From IMG/VR virus record IMGVR_UViG_2061766007_000148: a DNA stretch of 30,797 nt; one strand, given 5' to 3'. How positions within the stretch are numbered: the first letter of the stretch is position 1; the number at the start of each line of letters is the position of its first letter. A program made the translations under genes and the position numbers. Below the pieces are notes generated by a model. That model saw only the letters and a program-made list of their open reading frames with translations, had not been told where the DNA came from and did no database searches. The DNA comes from an uncultured virus (IMG/VR IMGVR_UViG_2061766007_000148) (lineage: Duplodnaviria; Heunggongvirae; Uroviricota; Caudoviricetes). This document shows positions 18,036-26,777 of this stretch, piece after piece.

Positions 18036-18616
18036 CTCCGACACCCTACAAACTCCGCAATGAAATCTGTGAGACCGTCGCGGATATTCAGGCGGATTTG
18101 GAAACCCTGTATGAGTGGTATGAGAACTACAAAATCGATACTGACTCGAAAGATGAACTCAAGACCATCCGCGAACACTTTACCGATGTCGGGGACAAAC
18201 TCGAAAACATCCAGAGCGATGATTACAGATTTCTCGACAATCATCTCAAATATGAACTCCTCGGAAAATGGTCTCGGATGTCCTTATCCGTAAAAAAATC
18301 GCTCTCGAAAATCGGGCAGGGCGACATGACCAGACTCCGTATAGATACCGAAAAAGAGCGTGAAAACCTGTTGGATGTCATCGACGGCGCTTGGACATAT
18401 TACAGTTTTGTCCTCGGCAGGATTCACGAAGTGACGGGCACAACCGAGCTATCGGCACTGCTCTACGGGTACACCGATGATGAATCGCGTATTGAATGGT
18501 TAATCGACCAATATGTGGATATGAGCAAACTGACCCCGACCGAAACACCTGCCGTGCAACAATCACGGATTCAGGATTCGGTTCGGGAGACAGCCGCGGA
18601 GGAAAACCATGCTTGA
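18032..18616 (+). CDS. Helical protein; N-terminus resembles family B
   Basis: GGAGG RBS, ATGA overlap at 18032; amphipathic helices. Confidence 0.7.
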   Translation: MTPTPYKLRNEICETVADIQADLETLYEWYENYKIDTDSKDELKTIREHFTDVGDKLENIQSDDYRFLDNHLKYELLGKWSRMSLSVKKSLSKIGQGDMTRLRIDTEKERENLLDVIDGAWTYYSFVLGRIHEVTGTTELSALLYGYTDDESRIEWLIDQYVDMSKLTPTETPAVQQSRIQDSVRETAAEENHA

Positions 18617-18722
18617 GGCATATCTCGAAGTTGTGACTTTTGCATACATGTTTCTCCTCGGCGTTGCTGTGGGATTCATTGGATATGTTTTATACAGTAT
18701 AAGGGATTGGAGGTGGGAATAA
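18609..18722 (+). CDS. 37-aa single-TM protein (not in ORF track)
   Basis: MLEAYLEVVTFAYMFLLGVAVGFIGYVLYSIRDWRWE; GGAGG RBS; fills the gap between neighbouring genes exactly. Confidence 0.65.
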   Translation: MLEAYLEVVTFAYMFLLGVAVGFIGYVLYSIRDWRWE

Positions 18723-18723
18723 T

Positions 18724-19299
18724 ATGGAATTTATTCTTATTGGCGGAGCAGGTTTCGGAATAGGTGTGATTTGCGGAATTGTGGATGCATACCGCATGAA
18801 CAGACTGGATGAACTTGATGAAAAGTCGTCCGTTCGTGAAGCACGCAATTACATCCGCGAAAAACTTCATTATTACAATGCCGATGCCGTCAAAAAAAGA
18901 CTTGAAGAAGAACGTGAGAAAGACAAATTGAAAGTTGAAATTAACGACAACATCTCATGTTTAATTCGTGAAATCAAGTCCGATTCGGAGAAAGTACGCG
19001 AGATTGACCGCGGATATTCCCGGTTAAAACAACAATTGTTGTTGTTTAAAGAGCAGATACAGGTAAATGAAAACATTCCGCATTCACCTCAAGTATTGCC
19101 GGGAAATACCGCTACCAAAAAAATAGTCTGTGAACCGTTACTGTACAGCATACTTCGCAGAATTGAGATTGCATCAATGAAACTTAAAGGATCGCATGAA
19201 CCGTATCTGCTCATGAGATATGAGATTGAGCGTGTTCTTGCCGAGAAAAATATTCATGAATGTTTCGGTATTGAATTGCCGGAGGAGAAAGAGGAATGA
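18724..19299 (+). CDS. N-terminally anchored coiled-coil protein
   Basis: GGAGGTG RBS; Gly-rich N-terminal TM followed by a charged heptad region. Confidence 0.75.
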   Translation: MEFILIGGAGFGIGVICGIVDAYRMNRLDELDEKSSVREARNYIREKLHYYNADAVKKRLEEEREKDKLKVEINDNISCLIREIKSDSEKVREIDRGYSRLKQQLLLFKEQIQVNENIPHSPQVLPGNTATKKIVCEPLLYSILRRIEIASMKLKGSHEPYLLMRYEIERVLAEKNIHECFGIELPEEKEE

Positions 19300-19682
19300 C
19301 AGAGACACAGTGTGATAAAGAAGAATTGCTTGCAATTATTGATAACATGGTCAAAATCATCGACGAAGATCAGATATCACTTCGATATATCAACAGTTTC
19401 CACAGGGACATACTCGACGGACTTGAAAAAATAAATAAATTTTTTAATAATCCGGGAACCAAAACGGGAAAATCCCTGAATAAGGATATTAAAAAATTAG
19501 ATTTATTCTTTGACATGTTAGATTCTCAAAAAGAACTTGCATTCGTCAGACTCGAAAAAACGGGAGAAATACGCAAACTTTGTGAAGAATTATTATTTTG
19601 CATGACATCTGCCAAATCGGTCGATGAAATAGTTAAAAGTTGGGATTATATTCTGAAAAAGAATGGTGAACGGGGTGATTGA
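19296..19682 (+). CDS. Helical protein, family E (paralog of 24268)
   Basis: IDNMVKIIDED..GLEKINKFF..KLDLFF. Confidence 0.7.
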   Translation: MTETQCDKEELLAIIDNMVKIIDEDQISLRYINSFHRDILDGLEKINKFFNNPGTKTGKSLNKDIKKLDLFFDMLDSQKELAFVRLEKTGEIRKLCEELLFCMTSAKSVDEIVKSWDYILKKNGERGD

Positions 19683-19685
19683 AGA

Positions 19686-19949
19686 ATGACATTTTGTTTA
19701 TTCAGGACGCTCTTTGGCACCCCTGAATCTGAAACAGGAGATATAGAGGACGCATGTCTCATCGTCATATTGCCGTCAATCCCCGGATTTATCTGTGCGG
19801 GGCTTTGGATAGCGGCGACATATATCCACAGTTGGATCTTCAATACGGTGCTGTCTGAAAATTGGATTGCCGTGTCGTTTTGTTGGGGATTTGCACTTGG
19901 AATTGCATTGGTAATAACTTGGGTCTTGGTGCTTACCTCAAAATGCTGA
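19686..19949 (+). CDS. Membrane protein (2 TM)
   Basis: GGGGTGA RBS; two hydrophobic helices. Confidence 0.7.
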   Translation: MTFCLFRTLFGTPESETGDIEDACLIVILPSIPGFICAGLWIAATYIHSWIFNTVLSENWIAVSFCWGFALGIALVITWVLVLTSKC

Positions 19950-19964
19950 CCCGGAGGATAAAAG

Positions 19965-20186
19965 ATGGCAGTATTAGTCGTTTATGATGAATGGAGTATG
20001 CTTATAGGCTTATGGACAGGATTCTTCGGGGGTCTTTTAATGGCAGTTCTTATGGGTTTGGTAGGAATGTTGTTTTATGAACCGATATTGAATGCAAAAA
20101 TTATAACAATCTCCTCGTTATTGGCGGGATTTGTTGTGGCAGGTATTGTATATATCATCTGCACTGCGGAGGCGAAATACGAATGA
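19965..20186 (+). CDS. Membrane protein (2 TM)
   Basis: GGAGG RBS; two hydrophobic helices. Confidence 0.7.
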   Translation: MAVLVVYDEWSMLIGLWTGFFGGLLMAVLMGLVGMLFYEPILNAKIITISSLLAGFVVAGIVYIICTAEAKYE

Positions 20187-20686
20187 TATCACCAAATCGC
20201 TGTCAGAACTGCGTGGGCACACACAGAATCAGAGAATTCAACGGAAAAGATTACCGTGTGTCGTCCGGGGATCTGTGTTGGATAACTCATCAGGCAATCC
20301 GCGACAGTGAAATAGATGCCGGATGCGAAAACTACTACGATACCGGTGCCAAGGCATGGTTTATCGATGTTTACTGTGATATCGAGTCCGCCGACCGCAA
20401 CGGAAAACGTATCAAATTCGTTCAGGACAAAGAACCTATTGTCAGGGTAAGGGACATATCTCAGCAATTTGATGAATGGACTGACATTTATTGGGAAGCG
20501 ATGAAACAACTTTCCAAGAGGATGTTTTTGCCCATGAACAACGAAGGAAAATGGATTTCCTCGAATATTTACAGATGCAAACCGAGGAAAGAGACAGAAG
20601 AATACAAAAGCGGCATCCGAACAATTACAGTCTCGTTTAAGACTACACTATTGTTGCATCCGCACGGTATAGGAACAATTTGTTAA
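20183..20686 (+). CDS. Family D protein with an N-terminal Cys (putative Zn) module
   Basis: CQNC..C..C N-terminus followed by a region aligning with 15171. Confidence 0.75.
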   Translation: MISPNRCQNCVGTHRIREFNGKDYRVSSGDLCWITHQAIRDSEIDAGCENYYDTGAKAWFIDVYCDIESADRNGKRIKFVQDKEPIVRVRDISQQFDEWTDIYWEAMKQLSKRMFLPMNNEGKWISSNIYRCKPRKETEEYKSGIRTITVSFKTTLLLHPHGIGTIC

Positions 20687-20687
20687 A

Positions 20688-20939
20688 ATGACCGAAACAG
20701 ACAACAAAATCAAAAATAATCCGAGAGATGAGTTGATTGAAAAAATTACAATCAAACTTCAGGACATTAATTTCCTTATCGAGAGGATTCAGAGATGTAC
20801 CCCTCAAGATACGGATTTTCAGGGAATTACGATTCAGGAATTAAATGATTGTTATGAGGATTTGGTTAAAGGAGAATACCTTTTGGAAATGTTCAGAGTT
20901 CTCATTATCGATGAGGATGATTGGGAGACAATAGTATGA
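20688..20939 (+). CDS. Small helical-hairpin protein, family B
   Basis: IEKITIKLQDINFLI..ITIQEL..LLEMFR, similar to 25172. Confidence 0.7.
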   Translation: MTETDNKIKNNPRDELIEKITIKLQDINFLIERIQRCTPQDTDFQGITIQELNDCYEDLVKGEYLLEMFRVLIIDEDDWETIV

Positions 20940-21352
20940 TTGAGGATACTTTAAGATTAAGCAAACACGGGCGTAAAATCTCAAAAGAGATTGGAAATAT
21001 CTATCTTTTGGAAGATTTGGAAACGCTTGAGGAGAGATTGAGAAAGTACACGGAGTTGATCCATGACAGATACATAGAACTCTCGGAGAAATTTACGGAA
21101 GAGAGAATCGGAGAAGCATCACGGAAAGTGATTACACGGGGAGATTATGACCTCATGAATGTCCTCGGCGTAGGTTACGGAAAGATGGATGCCGCATTAT
21201 ATTCTCTGAAATCCGTTATTGAAGAGTACAAACTGTTCAGGGATAAGATATCCGGTTATGAGAAATATCCGATAAACATGATGAAGGAAGACGAATACGA
21301 AAAAGAAGAGGAATACGAAAAAAAATCAGCAAAACAGGAGAAAACCACATGA
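20936..21352 (+). CDS. Helical-hairpin protein, family A
   Basis: LSKHGRKISKEI, ITRGDYDLMNVL, IEEYK. Confidence 0.75.
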   Translation: MIEDTLRLSKHGRKISKEIGNIYLLEDLETLEERLRKYTELIHDRYIELSEKFTEERIGEASRKVITRGDYDLMNVLGVGYGKMDAALYSLKSVIEEYKLFRDKISGYEKYPINMMKEDEYEKEEEYEKKSAKQEKTT

Positions 21353-21714
21353 TAGACAGCACATACGAATTAAGCCCGTTTGGGAAGAAGATCGCGGAAA
21401 ACCTCACAAAGACAGAGAACACGGAGAATATGCAGTTATTCATGAAGATATTCAGGATGAACTCGGATATCATCTATCACTCTTTTTTGGAGATGGAACA
21501 GGAATTCAAAAAAGAAAGTGACCCTGAACATTCACAGTCAGTAAAGCTCACTCACGGAGATGAAATACTTTACAAACTGCTTGAAAAAACCACTTTCAAA
21601 TTTATGAGTATGTATGAACCTCTGAATTACAACATCGAAGAATACAAAGGGTTTTATGAATCGCTGAAAAGAGTCAACAATCCCGAAATCCTGACACCGC
21701 CGAAGGGGGCATAA
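21349..21714 (+). CDS. Helical-hairpin protein, family A
   Basis: LSPFGKKIA, MEQEFKKE, LTHGDEILYKLLEK. Confidence 0.8.
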   Translation: MIDSTYELSPFGKKIAENLTKTENTENMQLFMKIFRMNSDIIYHSFLEMEQEFKKESDPEHSQSVKLTHGDEILYKLLEKTTFKFMSMYEPLNYNIEEYKGFYESLKRVNNPEILTPPKGA

Positions 21715-21716
21715 TC

Positions 21717-22358
21717 ATGACATCACAGAAAACAACAAAATCAACAACGAAACCAACGACAAAATCAACGACGAAACCAACGACAAAATCAGCAACAAAT
21801 CCCGTAAAGGATACAGCAACGAAAACGACGGATAAGAAAGCCTGTCATTGCAATGACAATTGCGTACGCCACGGAGATTGCGGATGCGAAAACTGCAACG
21901 ACAATCACAACGATGACTATGACTCCTACGGGCGTATGTTACCGATATCTCAAAGGATTTTGGGGCACATTTTATCAGTCGACGACAAGGGATTGGAAGA
22001 TATCAGGAGTATTTTGGAGAATACATCAATAGAACTCAAGATGGGGCATGAATATCTTGAGATGCTTTCAAAGGAAAGGGTTGCAGATCCGAAGGATAAA
22101 GTTATAGACCCGTTTCCCATACCGGACACAAAACTGATTGCAATATTCAAACAGATGGAATCGGACATCCAAAACGCCATGACAGCCTGTGAAGATGCTA
22201 TCTCGGATTTCATCTCTATCAGAGAACATATCGAGGATATGAAAAAAGACGGTCAGGTTTGGAAAGATATTGCAGAATGGTATCTGGGCGAGAAAACGGA
22301 TGAGGAGCAGGATGGTGAAGAGGATGAGGACAATGATGACAACGAGGAGGAATGGTGA
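21717..22358 (+). CDS. Family A protein with N-terminal TTK(S/P) repeats, Cys/His cluster and acidic tail
   Basis: TTKSTTKPTTKSTTKPTTKS; CHCNDNCVRHGDCGCENC; LPISQRILGHI; PDTKLIAIFKQM. Confidence 0.75.
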   Translation: MTSQKTTKSTTKPTTKSTTKPTTKSATNPVKDTATKTTDKKACHCNDNCVRHGDCGCENCNDNHNDDYDSYGRMLPISQRILGHILSVDDKGLEDIRSILENTSIELKMGHEYLEMLSKERVADPKDKVIDPFPIPDTKLIAIFKQMESDIQNAMTACEDAISDFISIREHIEDMKKDGQVWKDIAEWYLGEKTDEEQDGEEDEDNDDNEEEW

Positions 22359-22594
22359 TGACTGAATTATCACAGAATACGGAATTGGTTATCAAAAGCA
22401 TTCACAGTCTTTTGAATGATATCGGTGAGGAAATCGACAAATCCTCACTTTTGATCAGATCCGGTCTAATGACCGAGGAAGAGTTTTACAAAGCACTTCA
22501 GCAATTTGAGTATGAACTAAGCGATTACAGGACATATTGGCATTACCCGCCCGAAGATGAAGATAAATTTTCGGAGTGTGAAGAGGATGACTGA
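22352..22594 (+). CDS. Small helical-hairpin protein, family B
   Basis: IKSIHSLLNDI..MTEEEF..LQQFEYELSDY. Confidence 0.7.
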   Translation: MVMTELSQNTELVIKSIHSLLNDIGEEIDKSSLLIRSGLMTEEEFYKALQQFEYELSDYRTYWHYPPEDEDKFSECEEDD

Positions 22595-22955
22595 TTCAGA
22601 CATCCCGAAAAAAGAAAAAATGCCCGAAAATGCCGAAGAATATCTTCAGGATGTCGTAAATCAACTGAAAAGGTTCGGGGATGTGAGAGTTATAACCGGA
22701 TCTAACGTTGCGGAAACAGAAAACATACCTGAAAATATCGATAGTCTTATTCGGGAGATTGTGAGTCTTCTTGAAGGGCTTGAACACACCTCGGCAAAAC
22801 TGAGCAGATATTTCAGAGATTCGCAATTTGAACCTGTAAGTTACTCGGAGAGTGAACTGGAGGCATACGCAAAAAAACTGCAAAATGCCGATAATGAACT
22901 CAACAACTTCATAGACAAATACACGGATCCCGATCAGTGGTGGGAGATGGCATGA
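22587..22955 (+). CDS. Helical-hairpin protein, family B
   Basis: IREIVSLLEGL..YSESELEAY..LQNADNELNNF; start revised to 22587. Confidence 0.7.
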   Translation: MTDSDIPKKEKMPENAEEYLQDVVNQLKRFGDVRVITGSNVAETENIPENIDSLIREIVSLLEGLEHTSAKLSRYFRDSQFEPVSYSESELEAYAKKLQNADNELNNFIDKYTDPDQWWEMA

Positions 22956-23314
22956 GAACCGACGACAAAAACCTCAGCCCGTTCGGACAGCAGATTGCAG
23001 ACGATGTTGCAATGTCCGAAGTCGGGGAATTGTTTACACAGTTAATCTCCAAATTCAAAGAGCATTCCGACCTAATATATGAGAAATATCTCATTATGCA
23101 ACAGGAATTCAAAAAAGAACCTCTCGATGAATTTAAAGATAAAATTGTTCTTACACAGGGGGATGAGGATTTGTATTACCTCCTCGAAAGAGCCGCATTC
23201 AGAATGATGAGTATGGATACAAATCTGCATGATATGGGATATACGTATTCCAATTTTTGCGATCTTGTTGCCAGATATTCACGAATTAAGACCGGAGATA
23301 TCAACGTTGCCTGA
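22952..23314 (+). CDS. Helical-hairpin protein, family A (closest to 21349)
   Basis: LSPFGQQIA, MQQEFKKE, LTQGDEDLYYLLER. Confidence 0.8.
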   Translation: MRTDDKNLSPFGQQIADDVAMSEVGELFTQLISKFKEHSDLIYEKYLIMQQEFKKEPLDEFKDKIVLTQGDEDLYYLLERAAFRMMSMDTNLHDMGYTYSNFCDLVARYSRIKTGDINVA

Positions 23315-23348
23315 TAAAATCAGCAAAATCTAAAAAAAGGTGGAAAAA

Positions 23349-23699
23349 ATGAGTTTAATTAAAATCGAAAAGAAAAGCATTACGAAAAAAGGCATTATTG
23401 ATGAATTATATACCGCATTCTTTAAGAATCCACAGTTGTTTTCTGTATGGTGTTCCGGAGTCTTCTTTATAGGCATAATTATATTCGGCATGGAATTGTG
23501 GAATATGTATAACCCCGCAGTCTATGAATTTATAGAAACATTTCATGATCCCAACACAACGGAAGAAGATGTCTTATTTGCCTATTGGTGGTTTTTTACC
23601 CTGAATCTTGTGATGTTTGTATATACAACATACCACACATTACAGCTCATAAAAAAGATTCAAGTCTGGAAAAAGAGAGATGAAGAGGAAAAAGCATGA
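23349..23699 (+). CDS. Membrane protein (2 TM)
   Basis: AGGTGG RBS; two hydrophobic helices. Confidence 0.7.
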   Translation: MSLIKIEKKSITKKGIIDELYTAFFKNPQLFSVWCSGVFFIGIIIFGMELWNMYNPAVYEFIETFHDPNTTEEDVLFAYWWFFTLNLVMFVYTTYHTLQLIKKIQVWKKRDEEEKA

Positions 23700-23989
23700 C
23701 AACACCTGAAAAAGATTTTATTATCGACCGAAAAAATCTGATTGACCAGATTCATGAAGAAATCTCGGAGATACAGAGTATTTTTGAAGATATTGAGAGA
23801 AATCTCTCAATTTATACCAAATATGTAGATGCAGATCATTACTCGGACACCTGTTTGAAATGTCATTATTGCGAGTTGGATATGTTCAAAGAAGTGCTCT
23901 GTGTATTTGATGAAAGATACTCAATGTCGGATTGTGACCCGCAAATAGATATTTTGTCAGATAACGGGGATGCCGGGGATGAGGAATAA
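23696..23989 (+). CDS. Acidic helical protein, family B-like
   Basis: IDQIHEEISEI..YSDTCL..; ATGA overlap. Confidence 0.7.
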   Translation: MTTPEKDFIIDRKNLIDQIHEEISEIQSIFEDIERNLSIYTKYVDADHYSDTCLKCHYCELDMFKEVLCVFDERYSMSDCDPQIDILSDNGDAGDEE

Positions 23990-24264
23990 TGGTGGAAAGA
24001 TTTGTGTTTAAAACACCGGTATGGGAATTGGCGGCAATCTCGGCATTTTGCGGTATGACTGCGGCAATTGCATTTTACATAATGAAATTTCACCCGGTTA
24101 TGATTGCGCTTGGAGGAATCGTGTCTTTTGCGGTAATATTTTTCCTGTTGAAAATCACGGATGATATAAACTGCCCGACACTCACATACCTCTCGGAAGA
24201 AGACGTTGAGAAAATCAGAGCATGTCTGATAAAACAAGAGGATAACGATACAAAAGAGGTGTAA
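23989..24264 (+). CDS. Membrane protein (2 TM)
   Basis: TAATG overlap; two hydrophobic helices. Confidence 0.7.
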   Translation: MVERFVFKTPVWELAAISAFCGMTAAIAFYIMKFHPVMIALGGIVSFAVIFFLLKITDDINCPTLTYLSEEDVEKIRACLIKQEDNDTKEV

Positions 24265-24267
24265 ACA

Positions 24268-24534
24268 GTGAACAAAAAAGAACACATGATATCCGACATC
24301 GACAAGATGATCGATATAATATGTAAGGATTTTAACCGCGCAAAGCAGGGTTTAAAAGAATTAAAGCAATTCTATCATACTGACCCCGATATTAACGAAG
24401 AAAGACTGTTTCTTTTATTCGGTGAAATCTTGGAGCTGTCCCGTCACATCAGCAGATTGGCAGACAATCCCATCCTTTATCAGTCGGATCAAACCATAAT
24501 AGGCAAAGCATTCAAAGATGACCCGCAGGAGTGA
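24268..24534 (+). CDS. Helical protein, family E
   Basis: GAGGTG RBS, GTG start; IDKMIDIICKD..GLKELKQFY..RLFLLF. Confidence 0.7.
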   Translation: MNKKEHMISDIDKMIDIICKDFNRAKQGLKELKQFYHTDPDINEERLFLLFGEILELSRHISRLADNPILYQSDQTIIGKAFKDDPQE

Positions 24535-24836
24535 CGACGATATAAATTACCGTTAGATTTTAGGAGATATTATGAAAACGATAACTGAACTTAGAGAAAT
24601 GGCACAGCAGATTAAGGCATTCGCAGTCAACAAAAAACAGTGCGGCAGATTAAATAATCTGTTTGTTGAGGATTGTAAGGATTTTATCTTTAACAGCAAC
24701 GGCACCGCGTGCAGTATCAGGTTTAACAATGTTGTTATTGATGATGTGAATGAGTATTTTGATAGTATTATCGTATTTAACTCAAATGATGAAAAAATCG
24801 ACGAGATAAAACTATTAACACAGGAGTGACGACGAT
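24526..24836 (+). repeat. 16-bp direct repeat CAGGAGTGACGACGAT flanking a single gene
   Basis: Exact copies at 24526-24541 and 24821-24836. Confidence 0.9.
24572..24829 (+). CDS. Hypothetical protein inside the direct repeat
   Basis: AGGAG RBS; beta-rich and AT-rich; unlike neighbouring families. Confidence 0.7.
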   Translation: MKTITELREMAQQIKAFAVNKKQCGRLNNLFVEDCKDFIFNSNGTACSIRFNNVVIDDVNEYFDSIIVFNSNDEKIDEIKLLTQE

Positions 24837-24882
24837 GCCCCGGAAAAAGCTGACCCCAGAAGAGGAGGAAAACAATGGTTAA
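24835..24882 (+). pseudogene. 15-codon remnant of a 25172-like paralog
   Basis: MPRKKLTPEEEENNG* versus MAKKKLTPEEEEKRK; also similar at DNA level. Confidence 0.6.
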
Positions 24883-25153
24883 GACAAAATTAACTTTTGA
24901 TGAGGAGTTGGAACGTAGACAGATTCTTGAACAGATCGGAAATGAATTGGAAGCGGTAAGATCCCTGTTATATGAGATGGCAAAATACTATGTTCCGCAA
25001 ACATACGATATAGAAAATTCAACAAATAAACAACTGATTAAAAAATTGGATAAAATTCAGAAAGTTGAAGGGGAAATAATAGAGTTTCGTGAGAAACACA
25101 TCCCCGATGAAATTTGGTATATGATTCCGAGAAAAGAACCTGTAAAAGTCTGA
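24875..25153 (+). CDS. Family B protein (close tandem paralog of 25172)
   Basis: KLTFDEELERRQILEQI..TNKQL..FREKHIPD..W. Confidence 0.8.
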   Translation: MVKTKLTFDEELERRQILEQIGNELEAVRSLLYEMAKYYVPQTYDIENSTNKQLIKKLDKIQKVEGEIIEFREKHIPDEIWYMIPRKEPVKV

Positions 25154-25171
25154 ATATGGAGGTGATAAATA

Positions 25172-25432
25172 ATGGCAAAAAAGAAATTGACCCCCGAAGA
25201 GGAGGAAAAACGTAAACAAATCCTTGAGAGTATCAACAACAAACTGGAGGATATCAATTGTATGCTGAGATTGATGGCGTCCTGCTACACTCCGAAGATG
25301 TTTGAGTTGGATGAGTGCACAAACAAACAGTTGGAACGGTTCTTAAAAGGATTGAATAAGGTAGATATAAAATTGGAAAATTTCCGAGAAAGGCACATCC
25401 CCGACGTAAATTGGGAATTTGCTGAATTATGA
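25172..25432 (+). CDS. Family B protein
   Basis: GGAGGTGA RBS; KLTPEEEEKRKQILESI..TNKQL..FRERHIPD..W. Confidence 0.8.
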   Translation: MAKKKLTPEEEEKRKQILESINNKLEDINCMLRLMASCYTPKMFELDECTNKQLERFLKGLNKVDIKLENFRERHIPDVNWEFAEL

Positions 25433-25443
25433 GGTGAACCTGA

Positions 25444-25722
25444 ATGAAACCATCGGAAAATGACAAACTAATAAAAGTTAAAGGAATCATCGAGGGGCTG
25501 ACAATAGAGGGTATCAACAAAAAATTGAACACTCTCAAATCAGTTTCCGCAGACATTTCCGAACGTATGACACATGCGGAGTTCTGCCCCGAAAACTTTA
25601 CGATTACGGAAATGCTCGCGTATGAGAATTATCTGTTATCCCTGAATTCCGAATTATCGGATATCAAAACAAAGTTACTCTTGCCGGATGAATGGAGGTT
25701 AAATTATAATGCCAACAACTGA
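25444..25722 (+). CDS. Family B protein
   Basis: GAGGTGA RBS; IEGINKKLNTL..FTITEMLAY..LNSELSDI. Confidence 0.75.
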   Translation: MKPSENDKLIKVKGIIEGLTIEGINKKLNTLKSVSADISERMTHAEFCPENFTITEMLAYENYLLSLNSELSDIKTKLLLPDEWRLNYNANN

Positions 25723-26116
25723 AGAACTCAAAGAAGGTGTCATAAGCGACGGCGCATGTCTGATTTTAAACTACCTGACGGCATGTACGGATAATCAGAC
25801 GCATTTAACTCTGTTAAAATCGGCAAGATACCATATCGGTGAGTATCATAAAGAGCTCATGAAAGCAAAAATCGGTATTGACGCAATAATCCAAATCAGG
25901 CGTCAACAAAATAATCCCCCGATATCGGGGGATAACAAACTGTCATGGATTCTTCAAAGGAAATGTGAGGATATGACCAATATATTAAACAGATTGGATT
26001 TTTCGATATCGGCATATGATCAGGTAATTAATCAGATATCCGAGATTCACGACGGGCATTACATCCCGAACCGCAAAGACGGACAAAACCAGTACAGTGG
26101 AGATGTTAACAAATGA
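25709..26116 (+). CDS. Helical-hairpin protein, family A
   Basis: GGAGGT RBS; ISDGACLILNYL; ISGDNKLSWILQR; YDQVINQISEIHD. Confidence 0.75.
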   Translation: MPTTEELKEGVISDGACLILNYLTACTDNQTHLTLLKSARYHIGEYHKELMKAKIGIDAIIQIRRQQNNPPISGDNKLSWILQRKCEDMTNILNRLDFSISAYDQVINQISEIHDGHYIPNRKDGQNQYSGDVNK

Positions 26117-26370
26117 GTTACACGATAAAACGCAACATAAAAGAGACCCCGACAGACCCGACCGAATTTGAAAATGCGGTAAGGTTTACAATCCAAAGGA
26201 TGGTTAAAGACGGGTCTATATATGCATCATATCGCGACATCTTCTACTATAACAGATGGACTTTTTCCGGTCACACATCCCGGAGAATCGGGCGTGTGCT
26301 TCGCAACAAGCTCAACATGAAACAGATAAATCCGAGATGCTATAAAATCCCAGAGGAGTTGATGGCATGA
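26113..26370 (+). CDS. Putative winged-helix DNA-binding protein, family C
   Basis: DGSIYASYRDIFYYNRWTFSGHTSRRIGRVL, clear paralog of 15554. Confidence 0.75.
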   Translation: MSYTIKRNIKETPTDPTEFENAVRFTIQRMVKDGSIYASYRDIFYYNRWTFSGHTSRRIGRVLRNKLNMKQINPRCYKIPEELMA

Positions 26371-26777
26371 ATGAAGAAAAGAAAATCATCAACACATTTC
26401 CCTTAACCCTTGACGGTATGGAAATCCTTGACGGAATTGCTAATTTTGAATTCTGGACGGAGAATCATGCAATGTCCGCAATTGATGAAAAAAACAGAGA
26501 GATTGAGGAGTTGATTAAAAGAGCCGAAGAACTTGTCAAAACAAACCCGTGCCCGCACAATGAGGGAGTTCTCAGAATCCTGAAAGGATTAAAGACAAAA
26601 GCCGAGGAACTCACGGACACGATATACCGCGGCATTGAAGATTATATGGATTTATTTGCGGATTTCAACGAAATTCACTTCAAAGAGGCATTTGACGATG
26701 ATGATTTGAGACTTTACAATGCGGAATTGTTTGATGAGGAATATCTGAGAAAATACTCAGAGGAGTCACAAAGATGA
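26367..26777 (+). CDS. Helical-hairpin protein, family A
   Basis: LTLDGMEILDGI; NEGVLRILKGL; FNEIHFKEAFD. Confidence 0.75.
   Translation: MNEEKKIINTFPLTLDGMEILDGIANFEFWTENHAMSAIDEKNREIEELIKRAEELVKTNPCPHNEGVLRILKGLKTKAEELTDTIYRGIEDYMDLFADFNEIHFKEAFDDDDLRLYNAELFDEEYLRKYSEESQR

Noticed and set aside
21843..21900. Somatomedin-B-like domain
   Set aside because: Only partial Cys spacing similarity in a protein with no signal peptide; a generic metal-binding cluster is more plausible.
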